A stretch of 64,000 bases of DNA, taken from the human T2T-CHM13v2.0 reference genome, Homo sapiens. Below are positions 14,197 through 29,960 of the stretch, in pieces (the stretch's first letter is position 1; each line of letters opens with the position of its first letter). The stretch lies in assembly GCF_009914755.1 (NCBI RefSeq), contig NC_060932.1. One strand, 5' to 3'. The notes under the pieces are model-generated. The model was not told where the DNA came from. It saw only the letters and a program-made list of their open reading frames with translations, and ran no database searches. The position numbers were made by a program, and so were the translations under genes.

Positions 14197-14670
14197 TGTA
14201 GCTGGACCAGACCAATCTGGTTCAACTTTTATGTAACAAAGTTGTGAGTTGTTGTTTTTCAGTTGCCATGGACCCTAACCTGAGCATGCCCAGTTGAACC
14301 AAGCAGGCAGCCATCCGGGGAACCTAAGTGCTGGAGTTGAGGAGTGGGGACTGAATTAAGGAGTGAATCCAACATGGCAGGATCCAGGATCCAATCAGAT
14401 TGAGCTCTGGTGTCACCCCATGGCAGGATCCAGTCAGATCCCGCCTCCTGGCATCACCTCATTGCAAGATCCAATCAGATCACACCTCATTACCCTATGC
14501 TTATAAAACCTGACCCAGCCCGCAACTCAGAGAGACACTGCTTTGGGAACGATACCTGGTGTTCTCCTTACTTGTTACAAGTGATAACATCCCTTGCTAA
14601 ATCTTCCTTGGTTGTGGTCATTGGGTTGACACCCACCAAGCAACTGAACACATCTGTTGTGTGGATGATA
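14197..14670 (+). mobile_element. Solo ERV LTR (LTR32-like)
   Basis: Starts TG; CCAGACCAATCTGGTTCAACTTTTATGTAACAAAGTTGTGAG recalled as LTR32-type; three GATCCA(A/G)TCAGAT units; TTATAAAA at 14501; ATTT on both flanks. Confidence 0.7.
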
Positions 14671-16933
14671 ATTTCCCAGACTCCTGTGTAATGATCAGGG
14701 AGGAGGAAGCCCAGGATCCAGGCTCTATTCTCTTTCCTAGATTCTCTGCATAAAGATTCCTTGGTGGGTTCCTGACCAAGTGGGGCTGATCAGGCCCCCT
14801 CTCCCAAGTTCTGTGTGCTGCTGTGAACCTGTTGACTTAAAGGAGGCACCTTTTGCTAATTCATGCAAAGTCACCGCATGGCCTGGGGGTGGCCTTATAC
14901 CTATAAATCTGCATGCCCCTCAGGTATCAGGACAACTTGGAAACACCACTCAGTGTCCTGTGAGGTTCACATTTAGCCTAGGAGTACCATGAGGAAGGGA
15001 GAAAATGGGAAGTGCCCTGCCAACACCGGGAACCATTGCCCAGCCATGTGACAGGGTGGAAGATCACCCAGCATGCTTGAGGGATGTGACCCAGCTCAGC
15101 TTACCCCTGTGGTAGGTCATGCCAGGCCAAAGCAGAAAAATTCTTCCTTGGGACAGGCTCTTCCTGGAAACCCTCTCCTCCAGCTGGGGAAACATGCTCA
15201 GCCTACTGGAAAAAAATGCAACAGGAATTGGGAAATATGGATTGTTATTCCTTTAAATCACCTTGGGAAAATGATTTATCTTCTCTGGTCCTCAGTTTCC
15301 CCATCACCAGGATACCAGATCCTGCATAGGGTGGTTAGGGGATCACATTAAATCAGAGGATAAAACTGATAGAAAAAGTACAAAGAACTCCACAAATATA
15401 AAATAGGACTCGGAGTACTGCCATATTCAGGGGACCTTTCCTTCTCTTCTAAATCAAATCTGTCCTTTTGTATCAGACCCTGAGCAAACATAGAGTATAG
15501 GAGTCCATAAGGAAGTCAGGACATCATAGAAACATTTTTTGATACAGAACCAAATGTCTCCTATGTCAGAAGAAGGCCACATGACCTTCCTCACTCTTTC
15601 CAAACTCCCAACCACAGTTTCCAGGAGCTGGAAAAGAATTTGCCTACCCTAGTTTGGGTCAGGTGATGTCCCACCCCTCTAAGCCATGCAGAGAGAGCAG
15701 CCCACCAGGGACTGATTCTCTCGAAACCTTCATCTCTTCCTAGTCACATCCAGCCACGTGCCCAGCTCTGGGGAAGAAAAGGGATGGGGGTGGCATTGGC
15801 ACAAGAGGTCTGGAGGCAGGAGGAGGGGACAGTGAACCCTCAGTCCCCTTGCCAGAGCAGACTTGGACCCTAAAAATAGTTTCATGATGTCAACCAGAAC
15901 AAAGCCTTCTTTGGCTCCAGGAGTAAAACTTCTCAGTCTGGAATTCAACCGAAGGCTTTGTTACAAATACTTTACATGACAGAACCTATTAATATCTCCA
16001 GCTAATTGCTCCCAGTTTTGTAATCTCTGTGGCAAAAATTCCAGCCAGGTCAATAAAGGGGAGTGGATTTGTTGATCGGGGGCCTCCCAAGTTCCTATAT
16101 AAACTAAGTCACGTTGGCATTTTATCCACCTGAGAAGCCCCTTGCTGTGACTTGATCTTAAGTCTCCGTTCCCTCAGCACCCTAATGGATTCTCCAGGCT
16201 TATCATGTTAGGGTGTGACAAGAGCGAATTAAAGAGAGGACACAGAGAGAAATGCATTTTACCAAGGCTTAAAATGAGGCAGAATCTCAGCAAGCATGTT
16301 TTGGCGAGTTTGCTTTTGGCTGAATGCAAGAAGGAGCTGCTGAAAGCTCTAACCTTGTGTTTTATAAATCGGATCAATCAAAATCTCCCCTCTAGCTTGT
16401 ATTAGTGAAGCTCCAGGCTCCCCTCGCTCCCCGGGTAGGAGTGCTAGTCAGGCTCTCTGTTCCCCTGTAAGAAGACCCAAGATTCTCCTGAGCAGAAATG
16501 ATAGAAATTGAGAATTCAAAAATTAGTGGCAACAGTGCTTGTTCTATGGCTGTGGCCCAAGAGAAGACTGCAGAGAGAAAATAGCTTCAAACTGTATTTA
16601 AATGTAAACACATTATCAAAATAAATATAAGTCATTTTTTCCATGTACCACAGAAGGAGCTAGGTGACTGGGAATCATTTAATGCCTGTTTCCTCAGCAA
16701 TCATGTGAAACAGCTCAGATCAGTGAAGGCAAATCACATTAAAATGTAGTAGTATTCCCAAACTCGACGGGGAACCAGACCATTCCCACCCATACACAGA
16801 CTCAGTGGCAAGTTACATACACAAAGAGCAGAGTAAATACTCAACCTGGCCAAGAAGTGTTCTTTAAATTGAGTTGGAAATTCTCCCAGACCGTATTTCC
16901 TAATGCTTTTTACTTGGTTTCTCTTTTAACTAA

Positions 16934-17805
<872 letters not shown>

Positions 17806-17936
17806 TCATCCAGAAGTTTTTGAGAGACTATTATATTCCAGCTTCTATGCCAGGTACTTGGGATTCAATGAGTTGCAAAACTCATTGAATAATAATAATA
17901 ACAATAATTCCTGCCCTGGTGGTGCTTACAGTCTGT

Positions 17937-18163
17937 GGGATTAGTGCCCTTACAAAAGAAGCCCAAGGAAGCTCGTTTGAGTCTTCCACCATGTGAGGAC
18001 ACAAGAAGATGCCATCATTGAGAAGGCTGGTCTCACCAGACATCGAGTCTGCCATTGCCTTGATCTTGGACTTCCCAGCCTCCAGAACTGTAAAAAATAC
18101 ATTTCTGTTGTTTATAAGCCACCCAGTATGATATTTTGTTACAGCAGCCAGAACAGACTAAGA
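17937..18163 (+). mobile_element. MaLR LTR 3' part (MLT1A-like)
   Basis: GGGATTAGTGCCCTTA...CCATGTGAGGACAC...CTTGGACTTCCCAGCCTCCAGAACTGT...CAGACTAAGA. Confidence 0.85.
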
Positions 18164-19897
18164 GGTTGGAAAGGAGGACACGGCAGATCCTCAGGGAGTC
18201 CCAGGAGACTTGGAATTGGTGCGTGGTACTTTATTTTGTTTGAGGGTTTGACTTTTTATGTTATTTTGGAGGATTGGGATCTGAAGATAGGGTCTGGGGA
18301 TTTAGTTCTTTAAAATGTGATTTTTACTTTTTTTGTCCTTAATAAATGACATCTTGGACTCTAACTAAAAGCTCCTTTTGGCTGAAACTACTCTAATGAT
18401 CTATCCTGAATTGTTTGGAAATGTCAGGAAGACGATGAGCACACAAGCTGTTGTCACCCATTCAAGCCAGAGTGCAAGAGTAACCCGCAAATGACCTCTG
18501 ATGCTGCACACCACATGCCTTGATCTTTTCTTACTTTCCAGGCTCTGCAGTGGTCCCTGTGGGGCGTTTACTTTTGGGTGACCATCCTGGAGAGATATCT
18601 CTTCTTGTGAGTGGTGACATTTTCCTGGGGTTGGAGCTGCATCCTAGCACCTCACACCCAGAGTTCAGATCTAGAACGGAAGCAACTGGGAGGGGAGGTC
18701 TGCATGGAGCCCCTTCCAAAATGCTGTAGTTAATAAAGTACAGTCAAGTCCTCATAAGTTGTGGCAACTGAAGCCCACATGAACACCCATCCCCAGGTTT
18801 TCTAACCAACCTGGCGAACAGCTGCTTGAGAGACAGCCCTGCCCTATGTAGGTTCTTGAGGTTACAGCTAAGAAGACCTCCCAATTAAAGCCACTGTTAG
18901 CAACAGCCCTCCTTCCCTTCACCCACCAGAAGTCTTTCCTCTGGACCTTCTAATATGCATCCCCCTTGAATCTCAGAACCCAACTTCAGGTGAGGCTGGA
19001 AAGGGTAGCTGCCTGGAGGAGCCAAGTGGGAGAATATGAATGTGGGGAGGGCAGGAGAGTCGACCAGATCCTCAGTTTCTAATCCACAATGCCGTCCACC
19101 CTCCACCTCCTAGACACCTGGACATGGCTTTCCTGTTTACCTTCTGGTGAACATCAGTTCCAAGCATAAAATTGGCAGGGTTCCTAAAAGCTGTTAATAC
19201 TCATCCTTCACCAATTTATAAATCTTCTCTAACATGTCCCCTTTCTAAAGCCAAGCAGGAAAATGTCACATTCCTCTCTCCTTCCTTTTCTCCTTCCTTT
19301 CTTTCCTTCTTCTTTCTTGCCTCCCTCTCCCCACAGCAAGGGGGTGTGAAGGGGCACAGGGGTCCCAGACTTTGTTTATGCAGAGGAATTATTCTCAAGG
19401 CAACCATTTTCCCAGCAACAATGTAATTATAAAATATTACTCAAACACACTGGGTATTATTGAATGTGCCATTTCTGGATCCCAGCCAAGAGCTTTGGCA
19501 GAAAAGAGACTCAAAGGAGGAAAATAGGGAGAAAAATTATGAACATGTTTCCCCTTCAGTGCTGCTGTTGAAATAAACCACATGTAAGTTTTCTAGAAGA
19601 GCAGGGCAGAAAGAAACAGCTCTGAAGCACATGTTTCAGAGTAGAGGTCTTGTTTGGGGGATTTCAAAAATTAGCAGCTGAAACAATATAACATGAAGTC
19701 GAGGGGCATGTGGAAGTGATTAAGTACCCTTGCAATATACAGTAAGAGTTATTAACCAGCATCTTACTACTGGCTACTTGGAGACAGGATGTGAATAAAC
19801 ACAAAGCTGTGCTCAGTAACTACACCAGGGGTCGTGAGGACCCTGGTCGTCTGAGGTAACATGTATGTTTGGAAAGGAGTTGGAGTTAACAACATGA

Positions 19898-20740
<843 letters not shown>

Positions 20741-20873
20741 CTTTCTCTTTTGCTCCATTCATGTGTAAGAGCCATGCAAGAACTCTGCCATCAAGGACAG
20801 GCTCATTAGATGAGCTTCACATTGATGAAAGCTGCCAGAAAGGACAGGTGGGACTCAGTCCTCCTTCATATAG

Positions 20874-21285
<412 letters not shown>

Positions 21286-21744
21286 TGACCAAGGCCTTTT
21301 CGTTTCTCCCAAACAAAAAGGGTAGGGTCCTAAGCCTCCCTCCAACCGAACTCAGCCACCAATAGCTCTGTAGCCCAAGACACAGACACATTGTCTGTTG
21401 GCCTGTGCCTGATCTTCAGACAAGGACAACAGTCAAGGGGACCCATCTCCTCTTTCTCCAGCTGGACTGGTCTGCAGCTGCATTTCTGGCCCACTCTGAC
21501 AAGGTGTTGAGTGCCCTCCATGCACTTGGAAAATAAGGGGAACAGTACTATCCTTAAGCTGGCTACTGCATAGGCCAACTTCAGTGGGAAACCCATAACC
21601 ACACAACTTGGGGCAGATGAAAAAATCTGGAGTTGTGCCCTCTAGTCTAGACAGCCCAGCTTCCAAGATTTCATTGCCACTGCCCACATGTCTGGGTTGC
21701 CCCATGGGTATATTCCCTCTTTTGCTCCCCCAAATGCCTTCTTC

Positions 21745-22028
21745 TTTTTTTTTTTTTTTTTTTTTTTGAGATGGAGTCTCGCTCTATCACCTCACTGCAA
21801 CCTCTGCCTCCCAGGTTCCAGCGATTCTCATGCCTCAGCCTCCCGAGTAGCTGGGATTATGGGATTACAGGCGCCTTCCACCATGCCCAGCTAATTTTTG
21901 TATTTTTAGTAGAGATGGGGTTTCGCCATGTTGGCCAGGCTGATCTCAAATTTCTGACCTCAAGTGATCCACCCCGCCTCCATCTCCCAAAGTTCTGGGA
22001 TTACAGGTGTGAGCCACTGCACCTGGCC
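21745..22028 (-). mobile_element. Alu SINE, AluS-like, internal deletion
   Basis: Reverse Alu lacking the CCAGGCTGGAGTGCAGTGG segment; GGGATTAT duplicated. Confidence 0.92.
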
Positions 22029-22199
22029 ACATTCTTCTTTTCTCAATGTTCTTTTAAGTTCCTCTCCAGTTTCTCAGGCTACTCCTTCCTCAAAATTTAG
22101 TAAGCCCCAAGTTATTAGCTCCACCTGCCCAGTTCCACTCCTGCATAGAAAAGAGAGGTGAACTGATTCCTGAGTACAGCAGAGGCTGGATGGAGGAAG

Positions 22200-22516
22200 C
22201 ACATTAGAAAAAACCTCACCTCTGTGTTACAATTGTATCTTTCTTTCTCTTTCTTTCTTTCTTTTTATTTCTTTCCTTCCTTCCTTCTTTCTTTCTCTTT
22301 CTTTCTTTTCCTCCTTTTTCTCTCTTTCCTTCCTTCCCACATTAGAAACAACCTCATCTCTGCGTTACAGTTAGATTCTTTCTTTCTTTTTTCTTTCTTT
22401 CTTTCCTTCTCGTTCTTTCCTTCCTTCCTTCCTTCTTTCTTTTTTCTTTCTTTCTTTCCTTCTCGTTCTTTCCTTCCTTCCTTCTTTCCTTCTTTCTTTT
22501 CTTTTCTTTTTTTTTT
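22200..22516. repeat. Two-copy ~138-bp tandem duplication containing (TTTC/TTCC)n tracts
   Basis: CACATTAGAAA-AACCTCA-CTCTG-GTTACA at 22200 and 22338, each followed by a pyrimidine microsatellite. Confidence 0.85.
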
Positions 22517-23093
22517 CACAAACTATCTAAAAACAATGAAAGCCATCTTTCATTGCAAGGCTTAGATTCCTACTAAAAGCTTTCATTAGGTCTGCACACA
22601 AATTCCAATCTTCCCTGTGACTTGGACATTGTTAAGCTGACAGTGCATCCATTTCCCTTCCTGATCTTGGATAATGTTACAAAGCCCTCTTCCACCAAAG
22701 GACTTCCTGTGCAATGCACCCGAAGCCAGGGTTTCTCCTGTTGGCTGCAGAGGGTGAGGAAGTGCAAACAGCGTAGGAGTTCTTCCCCACCAAAAGAGCT
22801 AGTGCACTCTTCGCACCACCTCACCCACACATTCCTTCATTCTTCACTCTTTCAAATGTGTAGGTAATTCTGAGTTCTATAAAGACAGGGACTCTGTTCC
22901 CTTCATCTCATCGGCACCTCAGCCTCTTGCACCTAGAAAGTCTCAAAGGGAGGGTTATTATTTACCTCATTTCTTTAGGAGCCCCATCAAAGGATTTGAT
23001 ATGTCAAAAATTTTTTCCATAAGAGTCTTGGCTATTTTTTGTTGGAGTTATACCAAGGTACTTTATTTTGGCTCTGATTCTTAAATTAGTTGA

Positions 23094-23392
<299 letters not shown>

Positions 23393-23435
23393 AAATTAGT
23401 TGATTTTTTAATTGACAAATTACAAGCACATATAA

Positions 23436-23867
<432 letters not shown>

Positions 23868-23902
23868 GAGGTGTTTTGATTTTTAATCAAACAAATGTTT
23901 CC

Positions 23903-24209
23903 TTATTTCTTTTTTTTAGAGGCAGGGTCTTGCTTTGTCACCCAAGCTGGAGTGCAATGGCAAAGTAATTGCACACTGCAGCCTCAAACTCCTGGGCTCA
24001 AGAGAGTATCCTATCTCAACCTCCCAACTAGCTGGAACTACAGGTGCACACCATCACCGTGCCTGGTTAATTTTAATTTTTAATTTTTTTGCAGAGATTG
24101 GATCTTACTGTCTAGCCCAGGCTGGTTTTGAACTCTTGGGCTCAAGCAGACTTCCCATCTTGGCCTCCCAAAGTGCTGAGAGTACAGGTGTGAGCCAATA
24201 CACCCAGCC
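23903..24209 (-). mobile_element. Alu SINE, AluJ-like
   Basis: Diverged dimeric reverse Alu with J-type CACTGCAGCCTCAAACTCCTGGGCTCAAG. Confidence 0.9.
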
Positions 24210-24214
24210 TCAAA

Positions 24215-25250
24215 TAAATTTTTAATGATAATTTCCTACTGTTTGTTACTGATATACAGAGATGCAGTTGACTTTATATAGAACAATCTTCTCTTATTAA
24301 TTCTGATAATCTGTAAATTCTGGGTTTCCTATCTAGAAAATCATATTTTTAGTGAAAAAGGACTATTTTTTCTTCCTTTGCTAGCCATATTTTTAAGAAA
24401 AATGTGTTTTTCTTGTCTTCTCAGCTGGCTCAGACCTGCAGTAAGCATAGACTAGTGATGAACAGAAGTGGCTATAGTTGGCATCCTTGTTTCATTTTAA
24501 AAGGCATTTTCCCAGTAAGTTTCTGGCAGATATCCTTTAACAGGTTAAGAAAGTTCATTCTGTTGCTAGTTTACATAATACTTTTATCTGTCTTTTAAAT
24601 AATAATTAAGTATTGCATTTAACCAAAGTTTTTTTAATCTATTGAGGTATTCATATGCTGTTATGGACTGAATTGTGTTCCCCCAAAATTCCTAGAGTGA
24701 AGCCCTAACTCCCAATACTCCAGGATGTGGCTGTACATGGAGATAGGGCCTTTAAAGAGATGACTGAATTGAAAGCAGATCATTAGGATGGGTTTTAACC
24801 CACCCTAGATGGTATCGTTATAAGAAAAGATGATCAAGATTTGCAGGGGACAGTGGGGTTATATGTGCACACACGGATGCTCATGCGAAGAGGCAGTGAG
24901 AAGGCGGCCGTCTGCAAACCAAGAAGAGAGGCCTCGGGAGAAGACAAACCTGCCAACACCTTCCTCTTAAGCCTCCAGACTCCAGAACTGTGAGGAAATA
25001 AATTTCTGTTGCTGATGCCATCCAGTCTGTGGTCTTTTGTTGTGGCAGCCTGAGCACATAACTTTGCTTATTTCATCTGTTCATGTAAATTACACTAAGA
25101 GATTTGAAAATGTTCATCCCTCCCTGCATTCTAGGATAGACAAGATATTTAAGACATATTTTTAATACATTTTACTTAGAATTTTTACATCTATATTGCC
25201 AAGTGAGGTTGGCCACAATTTTCTTTCTTATATTGTTATCTTGTTTTGGT
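24215..25250 (-). mobile_element. Old L1 ORF2-region fragments, interrupted by MLT1
   Basis: T-rich L1-antisense-like motifs: GGCATCCTTGTTTCATTTTAAAAGG, CAGGTTAAGAAAGTTCATTCT, CCTGCATTCTAGGATA. Confidence 0.6.
24659..25062 (+). mobile_element. MaLR LTR (MLT1B-like)
   Basis: TGTTATGGACTGAATTGTGTTCCCCCAAAATTC...GGAGATAGGGCCTTTAAAGAG...CTCCAGAACTGTGAGGAAATAAATTTCTGTTG. Confidence 0.88.
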
Positions 25251-25252
25251 AT

Positions 25253-25702
25253 TGTAGGGACTCAGAAAAGAAAAACACCTCACAGCTGTATGAGTTATGC
25301 AAGGCTGGCAAAACATATCAGGCCCAGAAAGACACAAATCCAGCAGCACTGTAGGCATACCCTAGCCCCCACTACTGCACTCATGCCCAGACAGAAGCAA
25401 CTGTTCAAAGGCATTTTGTTCCTGACTGGCTCCTTATCCATCATCTTCATATTCCTGGAATTTGTGATACAGAGAACAATATGCAGCCAATCAATAGCTT
25501 ATTTTATTTTAATGTAAATTCTTGGTAAATGACTTATGAACTGCCTCTTCTTTTCCTATAAGAACTACTTATAACTGCTGCTGATGGGAACATACATTCA
25601 GGGCAACTTGAATCTGCACTCATGGGTTGCAGTCCTCAAACCTCACCCAAATAAATTTTCTACACATACTAAGTTTGTCTGGATGTTTTCCTTTAGGTCA
25701 AC
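25253..25702 (+). mobile_element. ERV1-type LTR (family not resolved)
   Basis: TG start, CCAAT (GCAGCCAATCAAT), CCTATAAG, AATAAA at ~25650, end TTTCCTTTAGGTCAAC resembling MER4-group LTR ends. Confidence 0.6.
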
Positions 25703-25703
25703 G

Positions 25704-26215
25704 GGGTCAAGGGAAAACTTTCCCTTTGTGCTCTGAAGTTTTAATGAAAAAATCAACTGACAAAAAGGAGATTAGTAAGAAAGAAAGCATATAATTTTTT
25801 TTTTTTTAAAGAGAGCTTGCTCTGCGAGTGAGATTAGAGCTCACTGCAGCTTCAAACTCCTGGGCTCAAGCAATCCTCCCACCTCAGCCTCCCGAGTAGC
25901 CAGAACCACAGGCATGTGCCACCACACCCAACTAATTTTTAAATTATTATCTGTAGAGACAGTGTGTTCCTGTGTTACTCAAGCTGGTCTCGAACTCTTG
26001 GGCTCAAGCAATCCCACCACCTCAGCCTCCCAATGTGCTGGGATTACAGGCACTGCACCCGGCTGGTATACAAATTTATCAATGTGCACAGGAGAGAAAC
26101 ACAGAGTAGTTACCTCCAACCTCTCAATGTGGTATAGAAGCTTCTAGTAAGTGATTATTAGGGAGAATGAATGAACTAGAGAAACAGAAACTAACCTGTA
26201 AAGGATTCCCTTTGG
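25704..26215 (-). mobile_element. ERV1 LTR fragment (MER34/MER39-like), interrupted by Alu
   Basis: GGGTCAAGGGAAAACTTTCCCTTTGTGCTCTGAAG...AATCAACTGACAAAAAGG is the reverse of a MER34/MER39-type LTR 3' end. Confidence 0.6.
25795..26064 (-). mobile_element. Alu SINE, AluJ-like with deletions
   Basis: Reverse Alu with J-type motifs. Confidence 0.88.
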
Positions 26216-26483
26216 GATACATGCAGAACAAATGTCCCCTATCGATTCTGTTTCTCTGGAGAACCAAGACTAATACATAGACTTTACAGAATTAACATAA
26301 AGAGTCACTAAACAAACAACAATAACAAAAAACAGCAGCAGCAAAGTGTTAGAAGGGGAGTGAGTCTGATTTCCACAGTCACCACATTGTATTATCTAAA
26401 ATACCCAGTTCTCAGTAACAAAGTACAAAAAATGCAAATAAATATGAAAATATGACCCATACACAAAGGAAAGAAAGCAGTCA

Positions 26484-26834
<351 letters not shown>

Positions 26835-26857
26835 TCACTTAATAGTCAAAGACTTTA

Positions 26858-27157
26858 GGCTGGGTGCAGTGGCTCACGCCTGTAATCCCAGCATTTTGGG
26901 AAACCAAAGTGGGCAGATCACTTGAGGTCAGGAGTTCGAGACCAGTCTGGTCAACATGGTGAAACCTTGTCTCTACTAAAAATACAAAAAAAAATAGCCA
27001 GTCACGGTGGCACACACGGGTAAACCCAGGTACTCAGGAGGCTGAGGCATGAGAATAGCTTGAACCTGGAAGGCAGAAGTGCAGTGAGCTGAGATTATGC
27101 AACTGTACTCCTGTCTAGGCGACAGAGCAAGACTCCATCTCAAAAAAAAAAAAAAAA
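26858..27157 (+). mobile_element. Alu SINE, AluS-like
   Basis: Full Alu; flanks AGTCAAAGACTTTA / AGTCCAAGTCTTTA. Confidence 0.95.
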
Positions 27158-27231
27158 GTCCAAGTCTTTAAATCAGACATTATAAATATGTCCAAAGAAC
27201 TAAAGGAAACAGTTTCTGAAGAATTAAAGGA

Positions 27232-27492
27232 CCAGCACTTTGGGAAGCCAAGGTGGATCGATCACAAGGTCAGGAGTTTAAGACCATCCTGGCCAACATC
27301 GTGAAGCCTTGTTTCTACTAAAAATACAAAAATTAGCTGGCGTGGTGGCGTGTGCCTGTAGTCCCAGCTACCCAGAAGGCTGAAGCAGGATAATTGCTTG
27401 AACCCGGGAGGCGGAGATTGCAGTGAGTGAGATCGCACCACTGCACTCCAGCCTGGACGACAGAGCGAGACTCCATCTCAAAAAAAAAAAAA
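27232..27492 (+). mobile_element. Alu SINE, AluS-like, 5'-truncated
   Basis: Begins at CCAGCACTTTGGGA; flanks AATTAAAGGA / AATTAAAAGA. Confidence 0.93.
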
Positions 27493-28699
27493 TTAAAAGA
27501 AAGTATGAGAATGATGTCTCACCAGAGATCATCAATAAAGACATGGAAATTTTTGAAAGAACCAAATAGAAGTTCTGATGTCAAAAAGTAAAATAACTGC
27601 ATAACTGAAATGGAAAATTCATTACAGAGGTTCAACAGCAGATTTGACCTGGCAGAAGAAAGAATCAGCTAACTTGAAGATAAGTCAGCGGAGAGAATCC
27701 ACTCTGAGAAATAAAAAGAGAAAAGAATGAAGACAAATTAACAGAGTCTCATACCTGTGGGACACCATCAAGTGTACCAACATACATATCATGGGATTCC
27801 CAGAAGGAGAAAGAGGAAGGGGTAGAAAACATACTTGAAGAAATAAATTCAAAAGAAGCCATTCATAAGTGATCAACATCAGCTATCTGGCTACAAAGGA
27901 CTCTATGAAGAATCATGTTTATATTAAGAAGGCTTGGCTCTACTGTATGTAGCTTACCTCGGAATCCTTCACATGGAAGAGTTGGCTAGAAGCTCTGTCT
28001 GGTAGCTGGGAATTAAACCTGAAATCCAGAAGGAGGTGGAAGAGTGGAGCATATGCTAAGCTAGCCAAGGGGAGTGATCGATCGAGAAGCCTGTGAGCAA
28101 TCACTAATTTCTCTGTCAGGGGTCATAGCTGGGGGAGAATGTCCTAGTTTTGTTCTGCTTCTTCTCCAGATGGCTCTGATCAGGGTTGATTGCAGCTTCT
28201 GCTGTGTCCATTAATTGCAAATCATTGATAACCAGACATCAGGGTTTCTCATGGTGAATGCGCATTTTTCTCATTCACGTATCTCTAAACTGTCACCACT
28301 GTTTCTTAAAAGTCTTACTCAAATAGTCTTACTTCAAAGGTATTGCAGCTATTCTTAAATGAATTGTTGAAAGAGATGAGCCAAGAAACCTTGACTGCTG
28401 TCTCATTTCAGATTCAACTGGAGTCACGCTTGTTCAATGACTGAAGAGGAAGCATCCCGAATCTTGCCTTTTATTTCCAGCCAGACTTTGCGGTGACCTT
28501 AAAACGTAATCAGGAATATATCCTCAGTGTTTCTTAGCGATGCCCTCTGCACTTACTTGATTCTTATTTTTACTACCAAAGATAGTGTTTTTGGAATCAT
28601 GGGATCTGAATCAAAATATGGGCTCCTGCCACCAAAATTATGTCAGAGCAACATGCAAAATCCAGACTCAGGCAGACCAATGCAGCAGCGTCATAATAA

Positions 28700-28880
28700 A
28701 AAGTATTTATGAAGCACCTGAGCACACACTGTTTATTAGATACTTTAGATAATTTACCTCTAATCCACACATCACTGCAAGATAGTACCTTCATCCACAT
28801 TTTTACAGGCAAAGAAATAAGCTCAGAAAAATTAAAGAAGTCACCCAAGGCCACACAGCTACAAAGTGAAAGAACTGTCA
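28700..28880 (-). mobile_element. MIR SINE
   Basis: CATTTTTACAGGCAAAGAAATAAGCTCAGAAAAATTAAAGAAGTCACCCAAGGCCACACAGCTA. Confidence 0.8.
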
Positions 28881-29642
28881 TCCCCTAAAACCCATTGCAT
28901 TAAGCAGATCATTTCTCAAATCTTCTATGTGCTGTCCTGCTTTGACCAGCGTGTTGGTGCCTCTGGCCAAGCTGGTTGGAGTTAGGGCGAGCTCCTGCCC
29001 CAAGGTTGGCCAACTCTATAGGTTGGACCTATGAAGTACCTCATAACCAAAGAGCAGGAAGGCTAGTGATGATTCACTCCAACCAATCAAATTATCTTTC
29101 TATTGAACTTAAACAGAAGGTACAGGAAAAAAGAATCAACAGCTAATTGTGGGAGTGGGAGCCAAAGAGTACTGAAAATCACACAGAAGGAAGACAGGCC
29201 ATGAAGGCCCAAAAGTAGGTAGACGCCATGAGTAAGCCAAAGATCAGAGCAACAGAAACAAACATATGCAAAGGGTGGAGAATCAGATCACCAGTGAGCT
29301 GTGTCCTGAGTGCTAGAAGTAGAAACTGAGACATTCTGAGTCACCATAATTGTAAGGGACCAATAAATGCAGAGGCTGGGACGGAGGGAGTCAGAGAACC
29401 TAGTGACTTGAGTTGTGTCTTTAAGTTCCCAAGCTATGCTCCCATGTCTCTGAGCCCAGCCCCATGGCTCGTTCTGGGGATACTGTGACATATTGTCTCC
29501 CTTCTTGGAAATGTATCCTTGACCTAAATCTCCATTCCTCCAAGTCACTGAGTGACAGCAGGCAAACTAACACATGCCCCCTCTCTCTCTTACCTCCTAC
29601 TCCTCTCAGTGCAACAACTGCAAAAAAACAACTGCAAAGTTG

Positions 29643-29960
29643 TTTCTTTTTCTTTTTCTTTTTCTTTTTTTTCTCTTTTGAAATGGAGTCTCGCACTGTC
29701 ATCCAGGCTGGAGTGCAGTGGTGTGATCTCTGCTTACTGAAACCTCCGCCTCCTGGCTTCAAGTGATTCTCCTGCCTCGGCCTCCCGAGTAGCTGGGATT
29801 ACAGGCGCCCGCCACCAGGCCCAGGTAATTTTTTGTATTTTTAGTAGAGATGGGGTTTCACTATGATGGCCAGGCTGGTCTTGAACTCCTGACCTCCTGA
29901 TCCTCCTGGCTCGGCTTCCCAAAGTGCTGGGATTACAGGCGTGAGCCACCATGCCCAGCC
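29643..29960 (-). mobile_element. Alu SINE, AluS-like (Sg type)
   Basis: Full reverse Alu; AAAGTTGTTTCTT on both sides (TSD). Confidence 0.95.

Noticed and set aside
27500-27850. L1 ORF1-like coding sequence
   Set aside because: Disrupted by stops, indels and Alu insertions; fossil, listed as a mobile element rather than a CDS
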